From positions 46,071,664 through 46,135,663 of the forward strand of contig JARFYF010000063.1 of the NCBI GenBank assembly GCA_030265395.1: a stretch of DNA of 64,000 nt, in the 5' to 3' direction. Shown here piece by piece: positions 50,040 to 61,954 of the stretch (the first letter of the stretch is position 1; every line of letters starts with the position of its first letter). The DNA is from Rhina ancylostomus (Eukaryota). The notes beneath the pieces are model-generated. The model was not told the origin of the DNA and ran no database searches. It was given only the letters and a program-made list of their open reading frames with translations. The translations under genes were made by a program, and so were the position numbers.

Positions 50040-50735
50040 CATGGAATTATAGGGCACAGAAGCAGGCACTTTGCAGTGACTTTGTTGATGCTGACTGTGA
50101 TGGCCATCCCCACTGATCCTATTTGCTGCATTAGGTTAGTATCCCTCTACACCTTTCCTGTTTAAAGTACCTTTTAAATACTTTAATTATATCTACTCTA
50201 CCACCTCCTCTGGCAGCTCATTGCAGATATTCACCACTCTGTGGAAAAACTTACCCCTCAGATCTCCTTTAAATTTCTCTCCTTTTACCTTAAACCCAAG
50301 CCCTGTAGTTCTAGACTCCACTGCCTTCAGAGAAAGATTCTGATTATCTATCCTATTGGTGCCCCTCAAATGCTATAAATCTCTTAAAGTCACCCCCTCA
50401 GCCTCCTACATTCCAGTGATAATAAATCCAATGTCTCCTTACAACTACAGCCCTCCATTCCAGGAAACAATCTTGTGAATCTCTTCACTCTCTCTGTTGC
50501 TACCACGTTCTCCCTAAAGTGTGGCCACCAGAACTGTACATAATGCTCCAAGTGCAGTCTAACCAATGATTTGATTGCAATATGATGTCCCAGCTCTCAT
50601 TCTCAAAGCCTTGGCCTGTGAAGGCAGGTATACCAAACTACTCGGTCCATATGTGTTGCCAATTTCAGTGAACTACAGATGTGCACCCCTAGTTCCCTCT
50701 GTATATTAATGCCAAGGTCCCTGCCATACTTGATG
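50040..50735 (-). mobile_element. CR1-like 3' fragment ending close to a KEAP1 exon donor
   Basis: CACCACTCTGTGGAAAAACTTACCCCTC...CAGAACTGTACATAATGCTCCAAGTG match the antisense CR1 at 16790-17990. Confidence 0.75.
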
Positions 50736-50765
50736 AACAACATAAATTTTCTCTGATTTGCCCAC

Positions 50766-50971
50766 CTGCTCCACTCCTAACAGTATTCATTGATGCAATG
50801 GTGGTCCATCTATTATCTTCAGGATGATAGCATTCTGCCGAATTGAGGCGATTTGTTCCATCAAAGCCACCGACTGCATATAGAAGGCGATTTACAATTG
50901 CAACACCGACACCAATTCTACTGGTTGACATTGAAGCCACGAACTCCCACTGGTCCTTTTCTGGATCATAC
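50766..50971 (-). CDS. KEAP1: KEAP1 coding exon (Kelch repeats 3-4)
   Basis: Acceptor TTACAG|G, donor G|GTGGGC. 206 nt. [51 protein letters not shown]...MNTVRSGA; phases match both neighbours. Confidence 0.97.
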
Positions 50972-51798
50972 CTGTAAGTACATACACTATTGTTCTAAAT
51001 ATACTCTATAAAACACTGAACTCACTAACAAGAGGCGATATATCATTACTAAATCTTACACCCAACAGGCACTACTGGAGGAGGACAGCGCAACTTAGAA
51101 GAGTGCCCACATTTAGAATGGTGAATTAGGGAATGCAAGCAATGTTGAAGATAGCAGTTTTTGGAAAAAAAAAGTTGGTTAGGCATATTTAAAGTCAGAG
51201 GCATTGGATTTATGATCAAATTAAGCACAGCACAAGGTTAGAACAGAAATGATTCAGGTTGTCTATATTTTGTACCATCAGATCTATAATTAGACATTTC
51301 AAGCATGTCATTTTATGATCCAGAGCAATAACTTCTAATCTGCAGTGTAAAAGTAATAGTGGGCAGTACTGGATCTTCACATATTCAAGGAAAAAAAAAA
51401 ACAAATACTGGTCTTCTTATCACTTAATAGAACCGGCTTTGAAATTACCAACACACTACATCAATTTATCAAACAAAGGAAATCTAATAGCTACTGGAAT
51501 GGTATCTAAATTAGCATTGATGATTTGTCAGCAAAACAAATTCTGAATATATTGTTTCCAGTCTATCCATGATAGTGGAGTGCGTAAGTAGGTAATGTAC
51601 AATATTAAGATGTAGTGGTGCATACGTGTTCCCACTTGGTCACGACAGCAGGGATAAGCAGCAAGCAAGGATGTGAGGCATTGCAATAAGACTCAGAACA
51701 TGCAAATTCAAGAGAAAGGGAATGAGAGGAGGAAGAAAGGGTGCTGAAAAATGGGGAAAAAAGTTAAAAATACATATTGAAATGTGGTTCAATCAAAC

Positions 51799-52484
51799 CT
51801 TTCCACAGAATTGTGATGGATGCAGCCTTCAGATCCACCAACAGCATATATCATTCCATCAATCACTCCTCCTCCTACTCTGTTCCTAGGAACATTCATC
51901 GGTGTGCAGGGGGACCACTGATTGTTCATAGGATTATAACAGTCCAAAGCAGCCGAATCAGTGTTACCATCTGGCGAATTGTTTCTTCCACCTACTGCAT
52001 ACAGAAGTCCATGCACGGTACAAGCAGCTAAACCACTTCGAGGCATTGGCATGTCTGTCAATCGGATCCAACAGTTCTCCAGAGGATTATAGGCTTCCAG
52101 AAAATTCAGTGACTGCCTGTAATAGCCTCCTGCTGTGTACATTAATTGAGGAACATTTGGAGACCTGCAGGGGCATGCCTTGGTTGGTTTGTGCAATGTC
52201 AGCTCCTTAAAGACTTCCACAAGATAATCTTTACACTTGGAATCCATTTGGAGTATTTCGCACTTCTGCAGTTGAGTTTTCAGGAAGTTTGGGGTCAAGG
52301 AATGGCACCTTACTGCATTCAGTAGTGCATGAACATATGGATGCCTGTTCTCTGGATCATATTTCACCCACTCTATACAAGCGTGATAGACTTCAGATTC
52401 ACTGCGCACGTTCAACTCATCGCGGCTGATCAGGCTGACCAATTGGCACTGTGTGAGGTTGAAGAACTCCTCTTGTTTTGCTAC
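51799..52484 (-). CDS. KEAP1: KEAP1 coding exon (IVR/BACK and Kelch repeats 1-3)
   Basis: Acceptor TAATAG|GTA, donor AG|GTTTGA. 686 nt, the same size as human exon 3 as I recall it. [15 protein letters not shown]...AVRCHSLTP...QKCEIL...[13 protein letters not shown]...[10 protein letters not shown]. Confidence 0.97.
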
Positions 52485-55400
52485 CTATTAGAAATATAAT
52501 CAAACATTACTCTCACAAAAAAAATCATTACTATTTAATTATATTTGATCAGTTTTTAAATACTTATCTTTAAAAAAGTAATTTAAGTTATGAAACCAAG
52601 TCCTAGCAATTGCAGGAAAAGTTGTAAACTTTTTTTAAATGCATGTTATTCCCAACACTGAGCACATTCAAATTCCAGTCTTAAATTGCACATGGAAATC
52701 TTGAACAAGAAAGGTTTAAATGATGGGTACTTTTCCTTCTTTAAGTGCTAAGCTTTAGGAATGGGAAATGGAGGATGGATCCTCCATCAGTGGCAATACT
52801 TTGTTCCTTTTCTCCATTCTTTCAAAAACCTCTCACTACTTTTAAATGGAAGGCCAGACACAAACTGGATACTTCAGTTTCTGTGACTAGTTCTAAGCAT
52901 TAAAACTATGTCTGTACCTTTTCTGCCTACTAGAATTACTGAGCCTTCGTATAACTGCTCTGTTCAGAAAAATTCCTCAGCTCCTATGGATTACTCAGTG
53001 TGACAGTTCTTCAAAATAGTGTTGAAACCAAAGAGGTATCACAATAAATCACTTCAATATAAAAATAATTGGGGAATGGAGAGGTAAAGAAAGTTTCTAA
53101 GCTGCAAGACCACATGAAACTTGGATTTGAATCCAGCATTAGCTTAATGGGGTACAAAGATGTACAGGAAAGGAGTGTGATCTGTTTCAGCAAAATTCAG
53201 GAATAATATGGAGACCACAGTAAGCCACCCCAGTTTAGTTTGGTTTTTTTTGAAAAGTAGTAATGGAATGTTATAACAAGCTACATAAGTTTTCCATTAC
53301 TCTGCAAACATTAGACAAAAAATGTTCCATTAACCCAACAAACTCTCAACATGAGCAGCACAGAAAGCATTGAATAAATTATTCATCATCAACTTGCACA
53401 TCTCCTCTGAAATTACACACAAATAAGTCTGGACTTCTCCAGTAAAATTGACTTTGCAAAATGCAGCATTTTCTTTGGTGCCTTCTCTTCCTGTTTTTTT
53501 TCCCCTTTGCTTCTTTATCAGTAACATATGGGCACATTAAACTAAAGGGAAGCAAGTCTGGGAATTCTGCAAACGCATTGTCAAAAAACAGATGTTCAGA
53601 ATTTGTGCAAGTCCAGACTCATTGATAGGTTCGGAATGCAAATTTGTCAGTATGCTTCTCTGCGGGAACCATCGGTGGCAGAGCCCGTCTTGCTAACAAT
53701 CCTCTGCATTCATGTTGGGGAGGAAAATGAAAAACAGCTCTCAAATACCGCATCAACTTCATTGGGGATTGCTTCCTTTTCTGCTGCCCTACAAAGGGGA
53801 AAACTCAAAAACTTCAGTTCAACATTAATTTTGTTTTGCTATTTAAAAAGTTAGAAATTTACTTCACTTTCAATTGCTTTAAAGTATCCCTGAGCAACAA
53901 AATCATATGGAAACTATTAAATGACCCCCACATCTTTAAAAGCTGTCAAAGCTTTGAGGTGTTTTTAGGATAGGGCTTCCTTAGTGCACTGTACAAGATA
54001 CTTTTGCTACTCACAGCACGAGATGCTCTGCATCGCAACAAGTTACATGCCTGGCTCAGTGGGATCTGCATAAAGTCTTCCCCATATCAATAACCACTCT
54101 CCACACCTATCCCCACATTATTATTTTAAAAAATATAGTTCCTTAATACTATTGAACACTTCTTGCTCTAGCACAATGATTTGTCCCTCATTTTCTTCCC
54201 CAGTTTATGAATGCATTTTTCAAAATACTGCTACAAGACCAGAATGAGTAGTAGCTGGCACAGAGCCAAGAGAGCATCTGATATTTGGAGTCTTCAGAAC
54301 AGAGATGGAAAGGAAGCCAAAGGGAGGTGGTGCTGAAGTCATCAGGAATACATGCAAAAGTGTATCAAAAGGTGGCAAACTTAAAATCATTAAAATGGAA
54401 GATAGGTTGCATAGGCAAATTACATTCAATTATTTCTCATGTTATGCGGGTTTTTACGAAATTGTTTCTTGTCATTTGAAGAAATAATAAGAAAGGAAGT
54501 TGCACATCACTTTCAAGTAATTGGTTTGTTTTCTGTGTTTGGTTGATTTGTGATTTAGATTCCTTCCTGTGTGCATTTTGGAAAGAAAAAAAAAATCAGT
54601 ATCATTTGTTGTAGAAGAAAAAAATCCAGGATGATCGTTCTTGCGAGAGACTCACTTAATCTGCCACCCCAGACGTTTGACAGATATGTTATAACAAAGA
54701 TATTTTTGCATTGCTTATGATGTATGGAAGTACAGATGTAATATCACCCTTATTTTAAATCTGATAAGGCATCTCTGGCAATGGCAACAAACCTAATTTG
54801 AGAAGATGGTGAAGACATGCCTTTTTAGAGAAGTACATTGCTGTAGGTGGAGCCACACATAGGCCAGATCAGATTATGAACATCAGATGCCCTTCCCTAA
54901 AAATACACAAATGCTCCACCCAGGCTTTAACTTAAATTACCGTGAGCTCACCATTACTTTAAAAATTCATTTACAGATTGACGTTGCTAACAAAACTAGC
55001 ACTTATTACTGTAGAGAAGTTTGAAGTGAGTTGCTTTTTAGAATGACTACAGTATTTTAATGTTGGGTAGGGAATTCAAGAATTTAGATCCAATAACAAT
55101 GAAGGAACAAGATATTTCATAAGAGGATGATTTGCAATTGTTCATATTCCCATATGCCTGCTATTCTTATCCTTCTTGCTGGTAAAAGTCACAGGTTTGG
55201 GAAGTGCTTTCAGAGAAGCATAGGCATGTAACAAAAATGCACTTGTAGATAATACACACTGTAGTAACGGTGCCAATGTTTGAACATTACAGGTGATAGA
55301 TTGGGTGTCAATCGAGCAGGCCACTGCATCAAGTGTTGAGCTTCCAGCATTGGAGTTTCACACCCAGGTGAGTGGAGAGTATTGTAACACTCTCCTGACT

Positions 55401-56473
55401 TGTGCCTTGCAGATAGTTGCATTGCTGGGGCCATTCACCAAAGACAGCTACTCTCTGAGCTGTTCCTGTAGCTGCAGTATTTGTGGTTAGACCAGATGAT
55501 TTACTGGTGACCACCAAGATGTCGATGGTGAGGTATCTAGCAAGATTAACATTTTTGATAGTCAATAATTAGTTGTTAGACTTGCTCATTGGAGATGGTC
55601 ATTGCCTCTCTCATGTGTGGCATGAGTTTACTTGCCACCCAAATGTTGTTTAGGTCTTGCTCCATAGGTATGGTTGCTTCATTTTCAACCGAGTTGCAAA
55701 TGGGGTAGAACATTTAGCAAGCATCCCCACTTCCAATCTTAGATGGAAGCCCAATTACTGATACTAGTATTTTTAAAGAAGATTCCAGATTATTTTAACA
55801 AAATTTAAATCCTCCAGCATCAGGGGGTGATATTTACTTTTAACTATCTATAATCTGAATTACTAATCCAATAATTTAAATGCAATACTACAATTTCCAA
55901 CCGAGATGCCAATTATGTAGAATGGTCATGTGACATCATAATTCAGATTTCAAAAGAACTCAGACTTTTTAAAATGTCTATTTTTGTTTCTCTTGACCAG
56001 GATCCAACCAACCCAGCTTCTCTGCTCTTGCTGACCCAAATGTCCCCTTCAATACTCACATGTACAACATGTCACCTATTCAACCTCAGTCCCCGAATTG
56101 TTTCTTTACCAGTCCCCTGTGCCTAATTAATCAATTATTCAATAGAGTGCTATAGACTTGCTTTTTACACAAACCATTCCAGGGCAAGTCCAAACACACA
56201 CAATGACAACCTTATTGTCAACATAAAAGTTGATACCAGAATTAAGATTGTGGACCATTTGAAACTTTCAGGACCAGTCAATCTTTATTAGGCAAGGGTA
56301 TCAAAGGATTTAAGAAAGGATGGTTAAATGGAACTGAGGTACCAATAAGCCATGATCTGAGCAATGGAGCAAACAAGGGGCTTAATGGCCTTCTCTTATT
56401 CTCATGTTCCAAAAGCACAACAGAAATCTCACAGACCCATTCAAAATCAAAAATAACCATTAGTTGTACCTAC

Positions 56474-57016
56474 CTCACTAAAGTGCAGGTATATATACTC
56501 TCTGGACTTTTGACTCAACTCATTGCAGCCAATTTGCTCAGCAAATGAAGCTATACCAATGGCATTACTTGGATCCAATTGCTCCACCAGGAATTTGCAG
56601 CATGCTTTTACAACGCTATCTATCTGGTACATGACTGCTCCATTCATAACGTGCAGTACACATTTCTCTCCCACTGTAATACTGGCTGTGTATGCAAACT
56701 CAATTAAACGTTGCATTACTTTAGGGTGAACACCCTCAATGGGTATAACCTCCATTCCACATTCTTTCAAGCCATTGGTAAACATGGCCTTAAAAACAGG
56801 GCTACAAGAGGCAAGAACAATCTTGTGTGCAACAAACTCTTCTTCCAGAGTATTGTGCTTCACCCTGAGTGTCACGTCACAGAGTTGCTTATTTAAGCGT
56901 ATTTCATTCATTATTTTAAAGGCCTCCACCGTGTGGCTTTCCAGTGTGTAGCTGAAGTAGCGACTGGCATTTTGTGATGGCATCACTTCTGCTGTGCACT
57001 CTGTTGTCATCGACAT
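56474..57016 (-). CDS. KEAP1: KEAP1-family first visible coding exon (N-terminal region, BTB domain, start of IVR); corresponds to human exon 2
   Basis: Translation MSMTTECTAEVMPSQ...LCDVTLRVK...HKIVLASCSPVFKAMFTNGL...GEKCVLHVMNGAVMYQIDSVV...YIYLHFSE matches KEAP1 BTB. Donor GAG|GTAGGT at 56473. 543 nt, phase 0. A candidate acceptor (CTGCAG) lies just upstream, giving an exon start at 57033. Confidence 0.96.
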
Positions 57017-57249
57017 TTCTCCAAAGTCACTATCTGCAGTTCATTGCTTCTCAGGAAAAGCAGAAAACGGTCACACAGTGGAAGGTATACATTTCAAATC
57101 CATTCAGGTTGTGTCCATCCTTAGCTTCCTTGGAGAACATCATTTTCTTGGGCATCTTTGGAAGAGAAAAGTAATTAATTTTAAAGAGCACAAGAATCAT
57201 TGCCAAATAAGCCTCATCCTTAACATGGATTAACACATTTCCCCATCTT

Positions 57250-59230
57250 CAAATAAACAGCTTGATCATTTCTCACTCCAGACCCTTTGAATCTATTTTC
57301 TCCTTTGATTTAAATTCTCCAGCCACATCTCTCAATTTCCCCCAATATCCAGATATCAATTGAATTAATTTTTGAACAGCATCAAAGACCAAGACTCTAC
57401 AGAATTCCACGGAAAATAATTCCAAATATTCACCACTGTCAGGGTTAAGAAAATGCTCTTCATTTCACTGCTAAGTGGCCTACACAGTTTAAGACTGTCT
57501 CCACCTCCCCCTCCCCTAGTTCTCAATGATTCAGCTAAGGGGAAAATATCCTCTATCTACCCTGTTGAGTTCTCTAGGTATTTCGTAAGTCTCAATTACT
57601 CCTCATATGACAGATCTGCCATCAGTGGAAAATGTCTGGTGAATCTTCACTTCACCCCCTCTATAGCAAGTAAATTTTGTTTTCAGCAAGGAGACTAAAA
57701 TTGTAGACAATATTCCAGATCAGGTCTCACTAACACCCTAAACAGTTAAGAAATATTCTTATTGTAAGAGAATTAGAGTACAAGTATAAAGGCCAACTTG
57801 CTGTAACTGCAGTTTTCAGTGACTTGTGTACTGTGACAGCCAGGTAAGTCTGAATGTCAAATGCCTCCATATGCTTACATTTTCTCATTTTATCCTCATA
57901 TAACCACATTCCTCCCCACCCCACTACATACTTCTCCATATACCCACTGTTGCCCAAGTCCAAATAACACAATCCACTAATTCCCTTCATTTACTCAACC
58001 AGATACCTCCTTAAAGAACTCCAATAAATTAGTCAAATACAATTTTCCTTTCATAAATGCACACTGACTCTGATCCAATATATGACTGTCTTGATATTAC
58101 ATCCTTTAGATTTCAGCATTTCTCCCAACTACCATTTTCAGATCAAAGAAATTGATAGTTCCTCATTTTTTTCCCTCTCCCTCCTTTGTTAAATGGTAGG
58201 GTCACACTTGATGCCCTCCAATCTGCAGGAACCATTTTAGAGTCTATAGATTTTTGGATGATGATAATGAGATGATAATGACCATCTCCACAACCACCTC
58301 TAAAAATTCTGGGATGTAGATCTTCAGATTCTTGGGATTTATCCATTTTAGATTTCTTAATTTCTCTAGTAATATATTTTTTCTTCCTCATTTTTACTAG
58401 ACTATTGATTCTCCAGTATTTCTGGAAATTTTTGTTTCTTGTCTTCTTCAAAAATAAAATATTTAATTCCTCACTCATTTACTTATTCCCCATTACAAAT
58501 TCTCCCCTCTATCTGTAAAGAACCCACATCTTCTCACTTGTCTTTTCATTTCTATACATTATGGAAGTTCTTAGAACATGAAATTAAACTAGAAACAGAC
58601 TATTTTTAAAATCAATTTCTTGGTCATCCTTTGCCCAATTCGAAAATGCTTTCAATCCTCACGTCTGCTGCTTTTTCTGGCAACTTTTCCTTAGATTTAA
58701 TACTATTACCTTTAATTTGTTTCTATAATCAGTGGTTGGACTACTTTTCCAGTTGCATCCTTTAGCCTTCAGGAAATGCATGTTTGTTGCAAATCATGTA
58801 TTGCTTCTTCAGGTACTAGCTTTTGCCAGTCCACTATCATACCTTTTAATATAGTTTTCTACTCTACCACAACCAATCTTCCCCTCTCATACCTTTACAT
58901 AGATTCAGTTTTAATAAAAAATTCTCTCTTATTATGATTCCCTTTACAAATTAACTAACCTTTTCTTGTTGCACAGTACTAAAATAGCCTGTTAGGTCAC
59001 TGATTTCTCAAATGATCGAGAAATCCATCTCAATATATTCCAAGAATTTATCTTTAATGTCGCTTGTAATAATTCCACTTGCCCAATGTAGATTGAAGTC
59101 CCCAGTGATAACTGCATCACCTTTTACAAGAACCTCAAATTTTCTTATTCACAGTGCACTGACAATGACAACTATTATTCTGCCAATAAACAACTCCCAA
59201 TGTTTTCTGCTCCAAGGGATGGTATTGAGA
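57250..59230 (-). mobile_element. Long decayed CR1-like LINE in the KEAP1 upstream intron
   Basis: ORF 58143-58478 contains DLHPRI...VPADWRASSVTLPFNKGGR...NY; the endonuclease-like remnant AVITGDFNLH.A reads on the minus strand near 59080-59115. Confidence 0.75.
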
Positions 59231-60149
59231 ACCAGTTCATGCATTGGGAGCATCAGAAGTCCAGCATAAACAATGGAAGGGTGCATCACCTCACAAACTA
59301 CCTAGACCGATCAAGTACTCCCTGACCCATCTATGGGGGAAGTTTGCAGTTTCCATACTGGCCTCAGTCTCCTCAGAAATGGATTGCAAGTGACATCCAA
59401 GGGACTGCCTAAGCTCCACCCAACCCATTCTAATTCTATATTATGATTTCTTATATTTTTCAAAGAATCATTGAGAGTCCCAAAACATTTTTTGTATTTG
59501 AAAGGATTCATTTCAAATAATACAAGTGACACTGTATAACTGACATTGGAATGGAATTGTAATATTATTATAATTGAAGATTATAGCAATCTACCTTAAA
59601 TATGAACAAAGTCATTTTCATGGTACAAATCNNNNNNNNNNCTATACATTTCTTTTTCAGCTTCAATACCCATTTATAAATAAAACCCAGAATAGTGGGG
59701 TGAAGATCATCTCTTTTTGTAGGTATCTTTTGTGAAAGGAACTTGTTCTCTTGCAATTTTGAAGCAAACAATAAGTATAGGAAATGCACATTATGGTGGC
59801 GAGAAGATCAAACAAATAGTCAAGATTATGCTATAATTGATGTTAACAACAATACAAATTTGTTCCATCTGTCTTTGTTTCAGCCATTAATGGAATGAAA
59901 GATTTCTTCTTGCCCCTCAGCTATTATAGCTAACAATGTTAGGTGTTGATGGCTAATTGATAAGAGATGAAAGGCTATCATGAGCAGGTGAAAATGCAAT
60001 TAAGGCTACATTCAAATCTTCCATGAACTTACCAAATGGAGGAGCATGCTTAAACGAGAGAATGGAGCTGCTTCTAAATTTGTATGTTCATGTAATCAGG
60101 ACAGTCTTGGAATAACAGCATGATGAAATTAAACATATCCTGGAAGCAA

Positions 60150-60255
60150 CATTCTGATGAAATGTTATTGAACTTGAAATGTTAACTCCTATTTTTCTCT
60201 CTCCACTGATACTGCTTGACCTATCTGGTATATCCAGTATTTTGTTTTTGTTCTA
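60150..60255 (+). mobile_element. Decayed Penelope-related repeat copy
   Basis: CTGATGA(60154)...GAAATGTTAACT followed by GATACTGCTTGACCT...TCCAGTATTTTG. Confidence 0.65.
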
Positions 60256-61954
60256 CATAGACCGTCTTTCCCACCATTTACATCTCAATGCAGGAAAAAC
60301 TGACTTTGCACTGTACAATTTTTTTTGCCCTCTCATTTCCTTATGTTGTCCTGAAATTCTATTGCCTGAGGAATGCAAACTGTTTCCTATTTGCACCTGC
60401 TACCATTATTATTCCCTACTTACACAATGGTCCTGTGTGACTGTCTATCAGAGCTCCCCTGTTTGAACTGTATTGTGCACACACAAGAGAGCAGCATGCA
60501 AAGTTCCTTTGTCTCAAGGGTTAATAAGCAGGTATAAATGCTGCACAGAGGCTCCTCCAAACTCTGAGAGCAGTAGGCACATGTGACTAATTATCACTAA
60601 TGTCTGCAGCTTCAGAAGCAGGATCCATACTTTGTGTCAGTTTAATGACTGTCAGTTTACAGCAGTTCTTCTAACATCCTCAACAACACATGAACAAATG
60701 CCATGCCAGAACATCTTGCTCTTCATTGTGGCAGCAGCAGGAGAAACATGGCACTACTGAAGTTGTGCAGAAGTTTCAGTACGATTTGGTAGATGTACTC
60801 AATTTAAGAAAAATTACTTCAGCACTCTGCATGGAGATTGCACATCCACCTAAACTTTTTCAATAAGGAGCTAGATTAACACATCACAACTACAGCTGAC
60901 TTCTGGCAATTCAAAGTAAATCTTACATTATTTGATACAAACTGAAAAATTTACAAACAAGTAGAGATTTAGCACTTTTTTTTACTGCAAAGAATAACTA
61001 TTTTGTGCAATTCAAACGTTTAAACCAAACACTAAATAAAGGTGGTCAGTTTCCCTATTCTCTTTCTTTTGATTATTTATTGCCCTTTTTTGCCTGTGTG
61101 TTAGCTTCTTTTAATACTTTGCTATTGGTAGTCTCGATGGACCTGTTCCACTGTGGGGTTGGCCGCTGCCAGATCTATTCTTCCATTCTTTGAAAGCAAC
61201 ACTTTAACTTGCTCCAAAACTGCACCAACTGTTTCCCCACAAAGCTTCTTGGGAAGTTTTCTCCATTATATTTTCATGAACTTCACCAGCGTCTTTGGCC
61301 CTGATCTGTGCAAAGTTCCTTTCAGAACTATCAATCAAAAACTTGCATTTTTATTTGCCCTTATCCCATCCCAAGGCACTTCACAAGTGACAAAATAGGT
61401 ACGTTTTAAGATGAATGGAGAAATGGAGGGATCTAGGAAAGAAATTCTTTAGGGCCTGAATGGAAGAAGGCTCAGTCAATTTACCTGCTCAGAAATAAGG
61501 AAAAGAGGACATAAAACCTCGATTACCACCTTTCTGCAAATCATGTGGAAATTAGAACATCTTAACTTAAATGAACCAAGACTTTTGGACAAAGTACTGA
61601 AGGTGGACATTTGTTTGTTGAATAATTGGCCATGAAGTGTGTGGATAGAAAACTGTAAAACATGTTTAACCAGCAAGAGTAACAAGTTGCCTTTATGTTA
61701 CTGATCACATGACAGCACCATCTCTCAATATTTACCTGATCATTTCAGAACCCACCAGTTCAACAGCATCACTCATCAGTAATATCCAGCACAGAACCAT
61801 AAAAGTACTTTCATAGTTCTCATAACCAATCTAACCATCAATTCTGCACCAGCAGTTTTGAAAAGCAATCTAATTAGTGCCATTTTCAGGGTCTTTCTCC
61901 CTAAACTAATATTTGCTCAAGTATTTACCCAATTCTTATTTGAAGGCCAAAAGA

